Program-made: the position numbers and the translations under genes | The notes under the pieces: generated by a model | What the model saw: only the letters and a program-made list of their open reading frames with translations | What the model was told of the DNA's origin: nothing | Databases searched by the model: none | Part shown: piece by piece, positions 9,271-17,785 of the stretch | How positions within the stretch are numbered: position 1 is the stretch's first letter | How the letters are laid out: the number at the start of each line of letters is the position of its first letter | Virus record (IMG/VR): IMGVR_UViG_3300047994_000054 | Location: 6,109 to 70,108 of that record | Reading direction: 5' to 3' (one strand) | Source of the DNA: a virus | DNA: 64,000 bases

Positions 9271-9438
9271 GATCGCTCGTGAGCGCGCTCTGATCGCTCG
9301 TGCGATCGCTCGTGGGATCGCTCGTGAACGCGCTCTGTTGCCTTCACCGATAGAGCGGAGACCGTCGCCGGATTCTGCTCAGTCACCCGATCGGCCGTCA
9401 CCCGATCGGCCCAACGGCAAACGATCACCCGATTGGCC
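9271..9438. repeat. Iteron-like repeats: GATCGCTCGTG x4 and TCACCCGAT(C/T)GGCC x3
   Basis: Copies at 9271, 9292, 9304, 9316 and at 9383, 9398, 9425. Confidence 0.85.
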
Positions 9439-9461
9439 TATCAAGTCCGACTAGGTGACAT

Positions 9462-9614
9462 CGGACCGAAACCGACGGCCCGACGGCCCGGACGGCCCGA
9501 CCCGATCGGTCGGCGTCGCTCCCGTCCGGACCGTTGCGGACCGAAACCGACGGCCCGACGGCCCGGACGGCCCGACCCGATCGGTCGGCGTCGCTCCCGT
9601 CCGGACCGTTGCGG
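9462..9614. repeat. Perfect 75 bp tandem duplication
   Basis: 9462-9536 equals 9537-9611; internally made of GACGGCCC units. Confidence 0.95.
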
Positions 9615-9625
9615 TCCGACACCTC

Positions 9626-9686
9626 TAGAGCGGAGGGCGTGACCGGATTCTGTTCGGCTCAGAATCCGGTCACTGTCTCCGCTCTG
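9626..9686. promoter_or_regulatory. Inverted pair of CAGAATCCGG-N7-CTCCGCTCT motifs (third copy 9351-9377)
   Basis: GTGACCGGATTCTG / CAGAATCCGGTCAC arms with AGAGCGGAG / CTCCGCTCT outer arms, at the divergence point. Confidence 0.6.
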
Positions 9687-9724
9687 CGTGCGGAGTGTAC
9701 GAACGTGCACAAGGGGATGATACG

Positions 9725-10984
9725 ATGCCCGAGCACGCGCTCAACGGGAGCGCGACATCGAAAGGGCACGACATGACTACGAACGTCAAGGGTTACGCGA
9801 GCGACACGCTCCGCCCGAGCACGGTCACGCGGGCGTACGCCGCGTACGGAAACGCGTCCGATCTACTGATGTCGGCCGCGATGATCATCTTGCGGAGCAA
9901 GGCAGAGCACACGAGCGAAGCTCTGCTAATCCTCCCGACTCTCATCACTGACGACACGAGCGAGGATCGGACCGATCTCGGGGCCGACTACGCGGCGCGA
10001 GCCCTCGCAATCGGTCGCAACATGTACGCCGACACGCTCCGCACTCCGCTCACTGAGATTCCGGCGGGCGATTGGGTAGACGTGACTACGGTCGGCAAGA
10101 CTGACGCGTGCGTCCCGATGCGTCCGGGGGCGTGCGCCACGTTCCGCGACTCCGACGCCCTGGACGCCGTCACGCTCTCCACCCTCGACTACACGTCTCG
10201 CGCGATCCTTGACGCGTTGCGGACTGACAAGGCATGGCACGCTGAGAGCGGCGCGCCGAACGGGTCGGCCATCGCGCGTTACCTGGTGGACGTCGGCACG
10301 GCGCCCTCGCTGGCAACGGCGCGCCGCATCGTCGCGGCGCGCCTGGCGGACACGCTGGCCGACGCCCGGGCGAACGGCGCTCACGTGGCGTCATGGGCAC
10401 ACGTGGCCAGCACGGGCGACGCTGGCAGCATCGCCACCGATCGGGACACGCGCGAGAGTGGCACGGCGTCCGTTGTGGTCCTGACTCGACCGAACGGCGA
10501 GCGTTGGTCATGTCTCCCGGATGTCTGGCACAGACTGGACGCCGACGGCGTTCGCGTCGCTCTCGCACGTACGGACGCCGTGCCCGCGTACGTTCCAGCG
10601 CCGCGCGGCGCGGATCTCGCTGGCATGCGCGAGGGTACGGCGGACGCGCCGCGCACGCTGGCCGATCACATCCCGACGGCGCACCTCACGACCACAGCGC
10701 CGCGACCCGCTGGCGTCCCCGCTGGCGCGCGCTACGGCATGGCTTCGATCGCTGGCGAGGGAGCGCCGCAGACCAAGCGCACGCCCTCCTCCCGCAAGTC
10801 CGGGCCGAAGGGTGGCATCGGCGGCCCCATGGTGACGGGAGCGACATCTCTCGGCAACGGCGCGCCTGGCCAGGTGAACGGCACGCTTCGCAAGCGTACG
10901 GAGTGCAACGGGGACGCTGATGTAACGCTGGCCGGACCGTGGTGCGAGCTGCACCGCGTCTACAGGTGCACGGGCGTCGCCTGA
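9725..10984 (+). CDS. Hypothetical protein (start 9725 or 9773)
   Basis: Long ORF with a low-complexity tail and terminal C..WCELH..C; followed by a strong hairpin. Confidence 0.65.
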   Translation: MPEHALNGSATSKGHDMTTNVKGYASDTLRPSTVTRAYAAYGNASDLLMSAAMIILRSKAEHTSEALLILPTLITDDTSEDRTDLGADYAARALAIGRNMYADTLRTPLTEIPAGDWVDVTTVGKTDACVPMRPGACATFRDSDALDAVTLSTLDYTSRAILDALRTDKAWHAESGAPNGSAIARYLVDVGTAPSLATARRIVAARLADTLADARANGAHVASWAHVASTGDAGSIATDRDTRESGTASVVVLTRPNGERWSCLPDVWHRLDADGVRVALARTDAVPAYVPAPRGADLAGMREGTADAPRTLADHIPTAHLTTTAPRPAGVPAGARYGMASIAGEGAPQTKRTPSSRKSGPKGGIGGPMVTGATSLGNGAPGQVNGTLRKRTECNGDADVTLAGPWCELHRVYRCTGVA

Positions 10985-11044
10985 CGACACGCGCCGGATG
11001 GGTGGCGCTCCGCACGGCGCGCGAGCGAGTCGCGGCCTAGCCTG

Positions 11045-11084
11045 CCCTCCCGATGGGTGCCCGTCGCAGCACCCATCGGGAGGG
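11045..11084 (+). terminator. 16 bp stem hairpin
   Basis: CCCTCCCGATGGGTGC-N8-GCACCCATCGGGAGGG. Confidence 0.6.
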
Positions 11085-11438
11085 ATGCCGGAGTGACTCT
11101 CCGGCGCGACCCCCGGGTTAGCCCGAATGGCTTAATCGTTGGTGCTGGCCGTAACGGCAGGTGTTCCAACACGATGAGCCCGAAATCCGAGTTTCCTGTG
11201 CAGCTGCGAACGAGCGTTCTAACCCTCATTTTCGCTGTTTTGGGCCAGATCCCACGCTCAGCTACAGGTGCGAACGCTCGTTTCAGAATCGAAGGTTGCC
11301 GGTCGGCAAGCATCCCGATTCCGGCCCGATTCCGGCCCGATTCGGAGGCGCGACCGTGACGTGAATCGCGTTACGCGAATCGCGTCACGGGCCATCCTGG
11401 AACTGGATCGGTGACCAGTCCGGCGGTACGGTCGCGGC

Positions 11439-11842
11439 ATGACCCGCGAAGCTGAACCTGAACATCCCGGCGCTTCTACTTCGGCCCTCCCGAGCGCCGC
11501 AAGGAGCACGAGCGCCAGATCGAGACTCCGGTCGGCCAGTCGTGTGGCTACTGCGAGGAGCCGATCGCCCCGGAGGAGTACGGCATCCTCATGCCGTTCA
11601 CCACGCAACCGTTCACGGACATCTGGGTCGTCGGGCTCCACCCGGTGCACCACGAGTGCGAGATGCGCATGATGCTGGGCTCGGCGGCTCACCACCGTCG
11701 GCAGTGCTCGTGCTTCGTCCCAGGAAGCCCGGAGAGTGACTCCCCTGGGCTGAGCCGGCGGGAGGGTGCGCTCGAGGCGTTCGAGGCGTTCGAGGCGTTG
11801 CAGAACGCCAGGCTCATCAAGGAGCTGGACGATGCCTCCTGA
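11439..11842 (+). pseudogene. Frameshifted Cys/His-rich (Zn-binding) gene
   Basis: MTREAEPEHP continues in the -1 frame as RRFYFGPP...CGYCEE...HHEC...CSC. Confidence 0.45.
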
Positions 11843-11996
11843 CTGGTACGACGACTGGGAGGATGAGGAAGACGACGAGCCAGCGGGCTTCCTGGGCCAG
11901 TTCGTGTCCTGCCCAGAGTGCGGCCATACGGTTCTGACGACCTCCCCGGCCAGCGAGCACCCAGTCCTCGACTGCTCACAGCACAGCCAGCACTAG
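11832..11996 (+). CDS. Small Zn-ribbon protein
   Basis: MPPDWYDDW...CPECGH; AAGGAG SD. Confidence 0.5.
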   Translation: MPPDWYDDWEDEEDDEPAGFLGQFVSCPECGHTVLTTSPASEHPVLDCSQHSQH

Positions 11997-12104
11997 ACAG
12001 CCGATGACCGTCGCCCATCTCGAGTTCGTCTTCGGGCTCATCGCCGGCACCATCTTCGGGCTGGGCCTGGCGGTCTGCTACGCGGCGTTCAGGATGCGAG
12101 ACAA

Positions 12105-12332
12105 GTGAGGACGCGCCACGGCCGGCTGATCCGCGAGATCACCCGCCGACACCGCTTCGAGGAGGCCGTGCAGCGGTTGACGAAGCTGGCGGACATCGAC
12201 GATCCGATGCCGTGGCAGAGCCCGCTATCGCACGACAGATGGCCAGCGAATGTCCGTGTGAGGATCTGGCGCTTGTTTGGCGCCGCAGACTCAGATTCCC
12301 GCTACCCTGCCGGCCATGAGAACCGTCACTGA
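12105..12332 (+). CDS. Hypothetical protein
   Basis: GTGA overlap with an upstream hydrophobic peptide ORF (12004-12108). Confidence 0.45.
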   Translation: MRTRHGRLIREITRRHRFEEAVQRLTKLADIDDPMPWQSPLSHDRWPANVRVRIWRLFGAADSDSRYPAGHENRH

Positions 12333-12502
12333 CGTCCAGGCCCAGTTCGCGTACCACCCGGCGACCAAGGACTCTGGGCGCTGATCCCCGAGGGCGCCGA
12401 GAAGACGATCTGCATGCGCAAGCTCCAGGAGAGCCTGATGTACGCCAACCTCGCGGTGGCCCTCGCGTGCTGCCCGAGGGCTACCAGAAGGCCGCTGAGT
12501 GA
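12316..12502 (+). pseudogene. Acb2/Tad1-like hairpin-domain gene broken by two lesions
   Basis: Three frames: QFAYHPATKD / LWALIPEGAEKTICMRKLQESLMYANLAVAL / VLPEGYQKAAE-stop. Confidence 0.55.
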
Positions 12503-12729
12503 TGGCCGAGAACCTCGAGCAGTCGATGAAGGACATCGAGCAGTTCATGGAGGCCGAGAGCGTCGAGCAGTTCATGGACTGCCTAGCCGACTACCTCGAC
12601 GAGATCACCGCCATCGGCAACAACTACCAGGACGACGACGGCAAGATCGTGCTGTCGGCGCACCTCTGGCAGAACAGGATCATCAACCCGATCGCCGCGC
12701 TGCTGGGCGTCTCCGAGGAGCAGACCTGA
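12502..12729 (+). CDS. Small acidic protein
   Basis: TGATG coupling on both sides. Confidence 0.65.
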   Translation: MAENLEQSMKDIEQFMEAESVEQFMDCLADYLDEITAIGNNYQDDDGKIVLSAHLWQNRIINPIAALLGVSEEQT

Positions 12730-13088
12730 TGGACGTCCATGACGAGAGGCCGAGCCTGTCGGTCGACCAGATCGCTCGGGTCTGCCACGCGGCCAACCAG
12801 GAGCTCTGCCGGATCTTCGGTGACCCGGTGGCGCGCGACTGGGACGAGTTCTCCGAGGGGGAGCGCCACGGCGTCATGCGAGGCGTCCAGGCCGCTCTCG
12901 AGGGTGAGTCGGCCGAGGACTTGCACGACCTCTGGATGATGACCCGACTCCAGGATGGCTGGAAGTACGGCGACGTGCTGGACCGGGAGGCGAAGATCCA
13001 CCCGAACCTCGCGCCCTACGACAAGCTGCCGCCGGCCCAGAAGCTCAAGGACTACCTGTTCACCGGCATCGTCAAGGCGCTCGAGTGA
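12729..13088 (+). CDS. RyR-domain protein
   Basis: IARVCHAAN...LHDLWM...GWKYG...KIHPNLAPYDKLP..QK.KD. Confidence 0.85.
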   Translation: MDVHDERPSLSVDQIARVCHAANQELCRIFGDPVARDWDEFSEGERHGVMRGVQAALEGESAEDLHDLWMMTRLQDGWKYGDVLDREAKIHPNLAPYDKLPPAQKLKDYLFTGIVKALE

Positions 13089-13101
13089 TGGGCAGCGTCT
13101 G

Positions 13102-13323
13102 ATGGGCGAGGTCGTCCCGATCTTCTGGTACTGCCCGAACTGCGGCGAGCGCTCCGTGGCGCAGCCCTACGACATCGGCTCCGGGCCTGAGCTGGCGTGC
13201 GCGTCCTGCGACAGCGCAACTGGCCAGAAGCTCGACCCGGACGACGCCAGGCGGGTGCCCGCCGAGCGCTACGACCAGCTACCCGAATGGGTCCAGCGGT
13301 CGCTCATCCGCATGGAGGTCTGA
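13102..13323 (+). CDS. Zn-finger protein
   Basis: CPNC...CASC. Confidence 0.55.
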   Translation: MGEVVPIFWYCPNCGERSVAQPYDIGSGPELACASCDSATGQKLDPDDARRVPAERYDQLPEWVQRSLIRMEV

Positions 13324-13655
13324 TGAACACGCAGGTCACGCCCAATCTGGGCATCACGCCGTGGACTGATCTGGCCACCAAGAAGCTGGGTCCGCAGGGC
13401 ATCATCACGCGGATCGGGATGCTCCCAGGAGGCATGGTCACCGGGAAGCCGTCCATCGCCGTGATGATCAAGCACGAGGACGGCACCGAGACCATCGCGG
13501 AGCTCAGTTACGAGCACTTCGAGATCGCGTCCCGCGTCTTCGCTATCGCCGTGCAGCAGGTCGAGCACCAGACTGCCGAGTCGGATGCGGTGGCGGCGGA
13601 GGAAGCGGCGATCCGGCGCGCGGGTGAGAATCAGCCGCCGGAAGGGTCGTCGTGA
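13323..13655 (+). CDS. Hypothetical protein
   Basis: MNTQVTPNLG...GGMVTGKPSIAV; GGAGG SD. Confidence 0.65.
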   Translation: MNTQVTPNLGITPWTDLATKKLGPQGIITRIGMLPGGMVTGKPSIAVMIKHEDGTETIAELSYEHFEIASRVFAIAVQQVEHQTAESDAVAAEEAAIRRAGENQPPEGSS

Positions 13656-13990
13656 TGTCGTCGTCTGACCGTGTAGTCGAACCGCCGCCCGAGACCGTCA
13701 CCCCCGATCCGCTGACCGAGTCGCTGTACCAGCGTGCGATCGAGCAGCGGGAACACGCGACCCGCCTCTACTGGCAGATGCGCCAGGAATGCGACGACGC
13801 CAAGGCCGAACTCCAAGCCGTCATCGAGCTGCTGACGTGGCGCCAACGGCTCGCGTACTGGCTGCGGCCCTACGACTGGCAGCGCGACGCCCGCTGTTGG
13901 CACTGGCAGGTCACCCCGTGCCGGTACGTCGTGGCATCGGAGGCTCCTCGTGCTCACACGGCCGGTCGGGTAGGCGGTGAGCACTCGTGA
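13652..13990 (+). CDS. Hypothetical protein
   Basis: Coupled ORF. Confidence 0.55.
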   Translation: MMSSSDRVVEPPPETVTPDPLTESLYQRAIEQREHATRLYWQMRQECDDAKAELQAVIELLTWRQRLAYWLRPYDWQRDARCWHWQVTPCRYVVASEAPRAHTAGRVGGEHS

Positions 13991-14095
13991 AGCCTGGCTG
14001 CGGAGACTTGACTCCTCACGACTCGCACTACTTCGACGGACCTGTCATTGCCGGGCGTCAGCGGACCTTCGGCTGTCCCGGGGTCGCCCGCGGCG

Positions 14096-14329
14096 ATGAT
14101 CGCCACCGACGTCCTGCTCGCCGAGATGTACGAGCGGCACGCTAATCAGGCCGAAGCGTGGTCTTCCGACTACCGCGACCAGCAGGCGCGCTGCCTTCGG
14201 CGCGCCCGTGACCGCTGCCATCACTGCGGCGCGCTCCCCGACCCGGACGGCGACCACACGTGCCCGTGCCCGCACCGTGACGACGAGTGCGCCGAACACA
14301 CCGACCCGCGTAAGGACGGTGAGCGATGA
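14096..14329 (+). CDS. Cys/His-rich hypothetical protein
   Basis: CHHCG...HTCPC. Confidence 0.45.
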   Translation: MIATDVLLAEMYERHANQAEAWSSDYRDQQARCLRRARDRCHHCGALPDPDGDHTCPCPHRDDECAEHTDPRKDGER

Positions 14330-14506
14330 CCCTGACGTCACCGCGAACGAGGACTACAAGCCGATGTTCACCATCCAGACGGCGAGCGGCAAGCGCTTCA
14401 AGGTGATCGTTGTCGAGGACTTCTGACTCTCAGGTTCGGGTGGTGGACAATCGGCCACCTCGGGGCCAGGGTCGACCTGCATCCCACCCATCACCGAAGG
14501 AGTGCC

Positions 14507-15007
14507 ATGACGTTCCCAACCGGCGACGCCGCCGCCGATCAGGCGACAGCGGACGCTGATCTCGCGAAGGCCAACGACGAGGAAGCCATCGCTGCCGACG
14601 AGCAGGCTGAGGCTGCCGACGCCGCCCAGCTGTCCACCGACGAGGCTCAGCTCGCCACCGACGAGGCGCCTGTCGTGGCTCCCGTGTCGGCTCCCGACCC
14701 GGCTACCGACCCGGCTCCCGACCCGGTGACGACGCCCGACTCGACGCCCGATCCCGCTCCGGTCGAGACGACGACCGAGCCGGTTGCGACCGAGCCGACG
14801 ACAACGACCGCTGTCGCCAGTGACGCCCCCACTGCTGGTGACGCCACTGCTGGTGACGCCACTGCGACGGCCGGCGCACCCGAGGTCGTGAACCCGGCGT
14901 ACACCACGGCGCCCGATCCCGGCGTCACCTACAACGACGCCAGCACTGACACCACTGACACCACGGACACCACGGACACCACGGACACCACGGAGGCAAC
15001 GTCATGA
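14507..15007 (+). CDS. Acidic Thr/Ala/Pro-rich disordered protein
   Basis: GAAGGAG SD; DPA, TAGDA and TTD repeats. Confidence 0.7.
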   Translation: MTFPTGDAAADQATADADLAKANDEEAIAADEQAEAADAAQLSTDEAQLATDEAPVVAPVSAPDPATDPAPDPVTTPDSTPDPAPVETTTEPVATEPTTTTAVASDAPTAGDATAGDATATAGAPEVVNPAYTTAPDPGVTYNDASTDTTDTTDTTDTTDTTEATS

Positions 15008-15297
15008 CCCAGCCCACCCCACCCGGAGTCGTCTCGCCGCCCGCGCCGAGCGAGCCCAGCGTTCCGGCGACCGTCGAGAAGGACCTGACGTCCGTTCTCT
15101 CAGCTGCGCCGCAGATCGAGTCGGTCATTGCCGGCCTGCCGCAGCCGCAGCAGATCAAGGCGGCTGCGCTCAAGCTGGCCGGCGAGCTCCACTCGACGAT
15201 CGGCCATCTGTTCCAGCACCACTCGATCGACGACCTGATCGCGGACGCCAAGAAGATCGAGGCGTACCTGTCCGAGGGACTCGCCAAGATCGGGTGA
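15004..15297 (+). CDS. Hypothetical protein
   Basis: ATGA overlap, terminator follows. Confidence 0.7.
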   Translation: MTQPTPPGVVSPPAPSEPSVPATVEKDLTSVLSAAPQIESVIAGLPQPQQIKAAALKLAGELHSTIGHLFQHHSIDDLIADAKKIEAYLSEGLAKIG

Positions 15298-15317
15298 TCT
15301 CGGTACAACATCTCTAA

Positions 15318-15355
15318 CACGAAGCCCCGATGCCGGAGATCATCGGGGCTTCGTG
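15318..15355 (+). terminator. 15 bp stem hairpin
   Basis: CACGAAGCCCCGATG-N8-CATCGGGGCTTCGTG. Confidence 0.7.
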
Positions 15356-15403
15356 CTGTCTCGGCACGTTAGTTGGACGCCTGTGCGTACGCACTCCGTA
15401 CGC

Positions 15404-15430
15404 ACAGTTCACGCGCGCAAGATGCCGATG
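15404..15430 (+). promoter_or_regulatory. Putative late promoter ACAG-N16-GCCGATG
   Basis: Member of a 7-copy motif family. Confidence 0.55.
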
Positions 15431-15464
15431 AAGCGACCAGAGCCGACCAGATGGGAGCTAGTTC

Positions 15465-15743
15465 ATGTCGATCGAGACCACAGGCGAGCACACGCCTGAA
15501 AGCCATTCAGAGGTCGATGCGGGCCTTCACGCCGACGAGCACCTCGAGGTCGAGCTCGCAGGGGCTGACATCCGGGCCACGGGGTCTGAGCGGAGCGCCG
15601 ACAGCGTCTCGTGCCCTCGCTGCGGCACACCGCTGACCAAGACGGTCTCGGCCTACGGCAGCACCTCGCTGTCGCTGTGCCCGAGCTGTCATCCGACCAC
15701 CACCGCCGGCGAGGGTGACCTGCCGCGCACGACAGGGAGTTGA
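15465..15743 (+). CDS. Zn-ribbon protein
   Basis: CPRCG...CPSC. Confidence 0.6.
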   Translation: MSIETTGEHTPESHSEVDAGLHADEHLEVELAGADIRATGSERSADSVSCPRCGTPLTKTVSAYGSTSLSLCPSCHPTTTAGEGDLPRTTGS

Positions 15744-15745
15744 CC

Positions 15746-16144
15746 ATGAGCGCAGGCAACCCGAACGCCAACGCCTTCGGCGTCCAGACGAACGGCACCG
15801 ACTACCCGTACTACAACCCGCTGCCCGGCACCACGTCAGGCGCCTCCGTGTGTGGCTACACCGACGAGGTCGTGGTCGTGACGAGCGGCCCGTACGTGGC
15901 TGCCAGCAACCCGTTCCGGGCCGACAACGGCATCTCGCCGATGGAGTCCGGGATGTTCGACGAGAACCCCGCCTGGAACCCGGCGACGCAGACCTACCTC
16001 CAGGGCGAGCAGGAGGAAGGCCAGCCGACCGTGCTCCAGGACGGCCTGCTCGCGCCGAACGACGGCCCCGTGGCCGACGACCCCGGTCACATCGAGGACC
16101 TGGGCGACACCGGACCGGACGTGCTGCCGACGCCGCAGGGCTAG
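15746..16144 (+). CDS. Acidic Gly/Pro-rich protein (possibly virion-associated)
   Basis: GGGAG SD, GC-rich third codon positions. Confidence 0.65.
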   Translation: MSAGNPNANAFGVQTNGTDYPYYNPLPGTTSGASVCGYTDEVVVVTSGPYVAASNPFRADNGISPMESGMFDENPAWNPATQTYLQGEQEEGQPTVLQDGLLAPNDGPVADDPGHIEDLGDTGPDVLPTPQG

Positions 16145-16171
16145 CTCGAGCTTCACTCAGACCCTCGGCGC

Positions 16172-16434
16172 ATGGAGACGGCCGCCGACCGCTGGAGAGC
16201 GGATGGGTCCACGAAGGCCCGCAGGAGGCTCGCCTGCGGGCCTTCGTCGTGCTTGGGTGCAGCCATGAGCGTGATGTCGTGAAGTGGACCGACAAGCTGG
16301 CAGAGCGTGAGCGCAAGACCATCTACGCCGGCCAGGTCGACATCTTCGGCAATGTCCAGCCAGAGACGGTTCACCTGGACGAGCGAGTGGACGCGCAACT
16401 GGACGAAGAAGTGGACGAGGAAGCAGGTCGATAG
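16172..16434 (+). CDS. Hypothetical protein (start uncertain)
   Basis: Protein-like tail ...RKTIYAGQVDIFGN of ORF 15715..16434. Confidence 0.35.
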
Positions 16435-16436
16435 CG

Positions 16437-16790
16437 ATGCACATGGACCTCTGGCACCAGATCCTCGAGTTCTTCGGCGTGATCGGTGAGTCCGGCAAGG
16501 GCTACGGCTTCTGGTCAGGCGTCGGCTCCGACATCGGAGAGCTCGGCATCATCGGTGGCCTCGCGGTGCTCGTACGCCACCACGTGTGCCACGTACACCG
16601 CTGCTGGCGCGTGGGTCGTCACCAGACCCCTGGCGAGGGCAACACCGTCCACACCGTCTGCAAGAGGCATCATCCAGACCCTCAGGTCCACAACGGCCTC
16701 ACGCACGCGCACCTGCTGCACCTGCACAAGGTCCATCTGGAGAAGGTCGCCGGCTCACAGGGCACGACGATCGTCACTCAGGACAACTGA
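16437..16790 (+). CDS. Membrane protein with His/Cys-rich tail
   Basis: YGFWSGVGSD, a TM helix, CHVHRCWR...VCKRHHP. Confidence 0.7.
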   Translation: MHMDLWHQILEFFGVIGESGKGYGFWSGVGSDIGELGIIGGLAVLVRHHVCHVHRCWRVGRHQTPGEGNTVHTVCKRHHPDPQVHNGLTHAHLLHLHKVHLEKVAGSQGTTIVTQDN

Positions 16791-17059
16791 TTCGCGAGAA
16801 CCCTCAACCCTTGAGGATCTTCTGGAAGAAGACATGGGAGAGGCAGAGCCCAAGCAGCCCGCTCGGTCGGGCGCAAGCTATCTCGCAGTGCTGGAGCCTA
16901 GCATACCGTTCCAAGCTTTTGGCAAATGCGCAGGTCAAACGGCGGTACCTTCCAGAATGCCTGTCTGATACCTTGCCGGCCGTGTTGAGAGAAATATTTT
17001 CGAGCCGGCGTCTACATCTGCGAACGGACGTTCTAAGGCCCATTTTCGCGATTTCGCAG

Positions 17060-17785
17060 GTGCGAACGACCGTTTTTCGTCTGACCAGCAGTCAACACTC
17101 GCGGAGGTCCCTTGTTGTCGCGGCTCTTGCCCTCGCTTGTTGCGCCAGTTCTGGTGTGGCCGCTGATCGTCTGTCCACTGCTGGCCTGGAACATGGAGAT
17201 GCTGCTCAAGCTGCCGCACGATCAGCTGAGCCGATGGCATCCTGCCCGGCTATTCATCTGGACTATCGGCCACGTCTGGCCATATTCGATGGTGCGGCGA
17301 CTCGGTACGTCGGTGCGGGCCTACCACCGACAGGTGGACGCGGAGGTAGCTGCGCAGAGGGTCCGACAGGCTCGCGCAGCTTCGTACGTCAGCAACTGCA
17401 TCTGCGGTGGGGTTCATGGCCCGTGCCCACCGCTGCCGGCAGTGTTCAGCCCAGTGACGGCTCAGTGGTGGATGGAGACGGGAGCAGCTCGCCGGGCGCG
17501 GTGGATCGAGCGCTACGGAGAGAGCGGGCATGGGCTGATTCCGCGCCGGCCGTTGCGGTCGCGGCGTGCGAGTCGTCGGGAAATGATCATGTCGTGGCAC
17601 GACACGGCTCGACCACCTACTACGGGAAGTGGCAGTTCGACCTGCCCACCTGGCGCTCGGTAGGCGGACCGGGTCTTCCCAGCGATCAGCCGGTCGGCGT
17701 GCAGGACCACTTCGCCTACCTGCTGTACGAACGTCGTGGCTGGGGACCGTGGGCCTGTGCTCGGATCGTGGGCCTGATCAGCTAG
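17060..17785 (+). CDS. Rpf-like lytic transglycosylase (start uncertain)
   Basis: AACESSGN...YYGKWQFDLPTWRSVGG...Q...A..LY..RGWGPW.C; signal-like RRSLVVAALALA. Confidence 0.75.
   Translation: MRTTVFRLTSSQHSRRSLVVAALALACCASSGVAADRLSTAGLEHGDAAQAAARSAEPMASCPAIHLDYRPRLAIFDGAATRYVGAGLPPTGGRGGSCAEGPTGSRSFVRQQLHLRWGSWPVPTAAGSVQPSDGSVVDGDGSSSPGAVDRALRRERAWADSAPAVAVAACESSGNDHVVARHGSTTYYGKWQFDLPTWRSVGGPGLPSDQPVGVQDHFAYLLYERRGWGPWACARIVGLIS
17112..17663 (+). CDS. Overprinted hypothetical membrane protein
   Basis: GGAGG SD at 17103; GC-rich third positions to about 17530; nested in the Rpf ORF. Confidence 0.5.
   Translation: MLSRLLPSLVAPVLVWPLIVCPLLAWNMEMLLKLPHDQLSRWHPARLFIWTIGHVWPYSMVRRLGTSVRAYHRQVDAEVAAQRVRQARAASYVSNCICGGVHGPCPPLPAVFSPVTAQWWMETGAARRARWIERYGESGHGLIPRRPLRSRRASRREMIMSWHDTARPPTTGSGSSTCPPGAR

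Noticed and set aside
9271-9686. CRISPR array
   Set aside because: Repeats are tandem or nested, with no unique equal-length spacers.
12414-13088. Single 224 aa ORF
   Set aside because: Artificial read-through joining a pseudogene fragment to the RyR gene across a different real gene.
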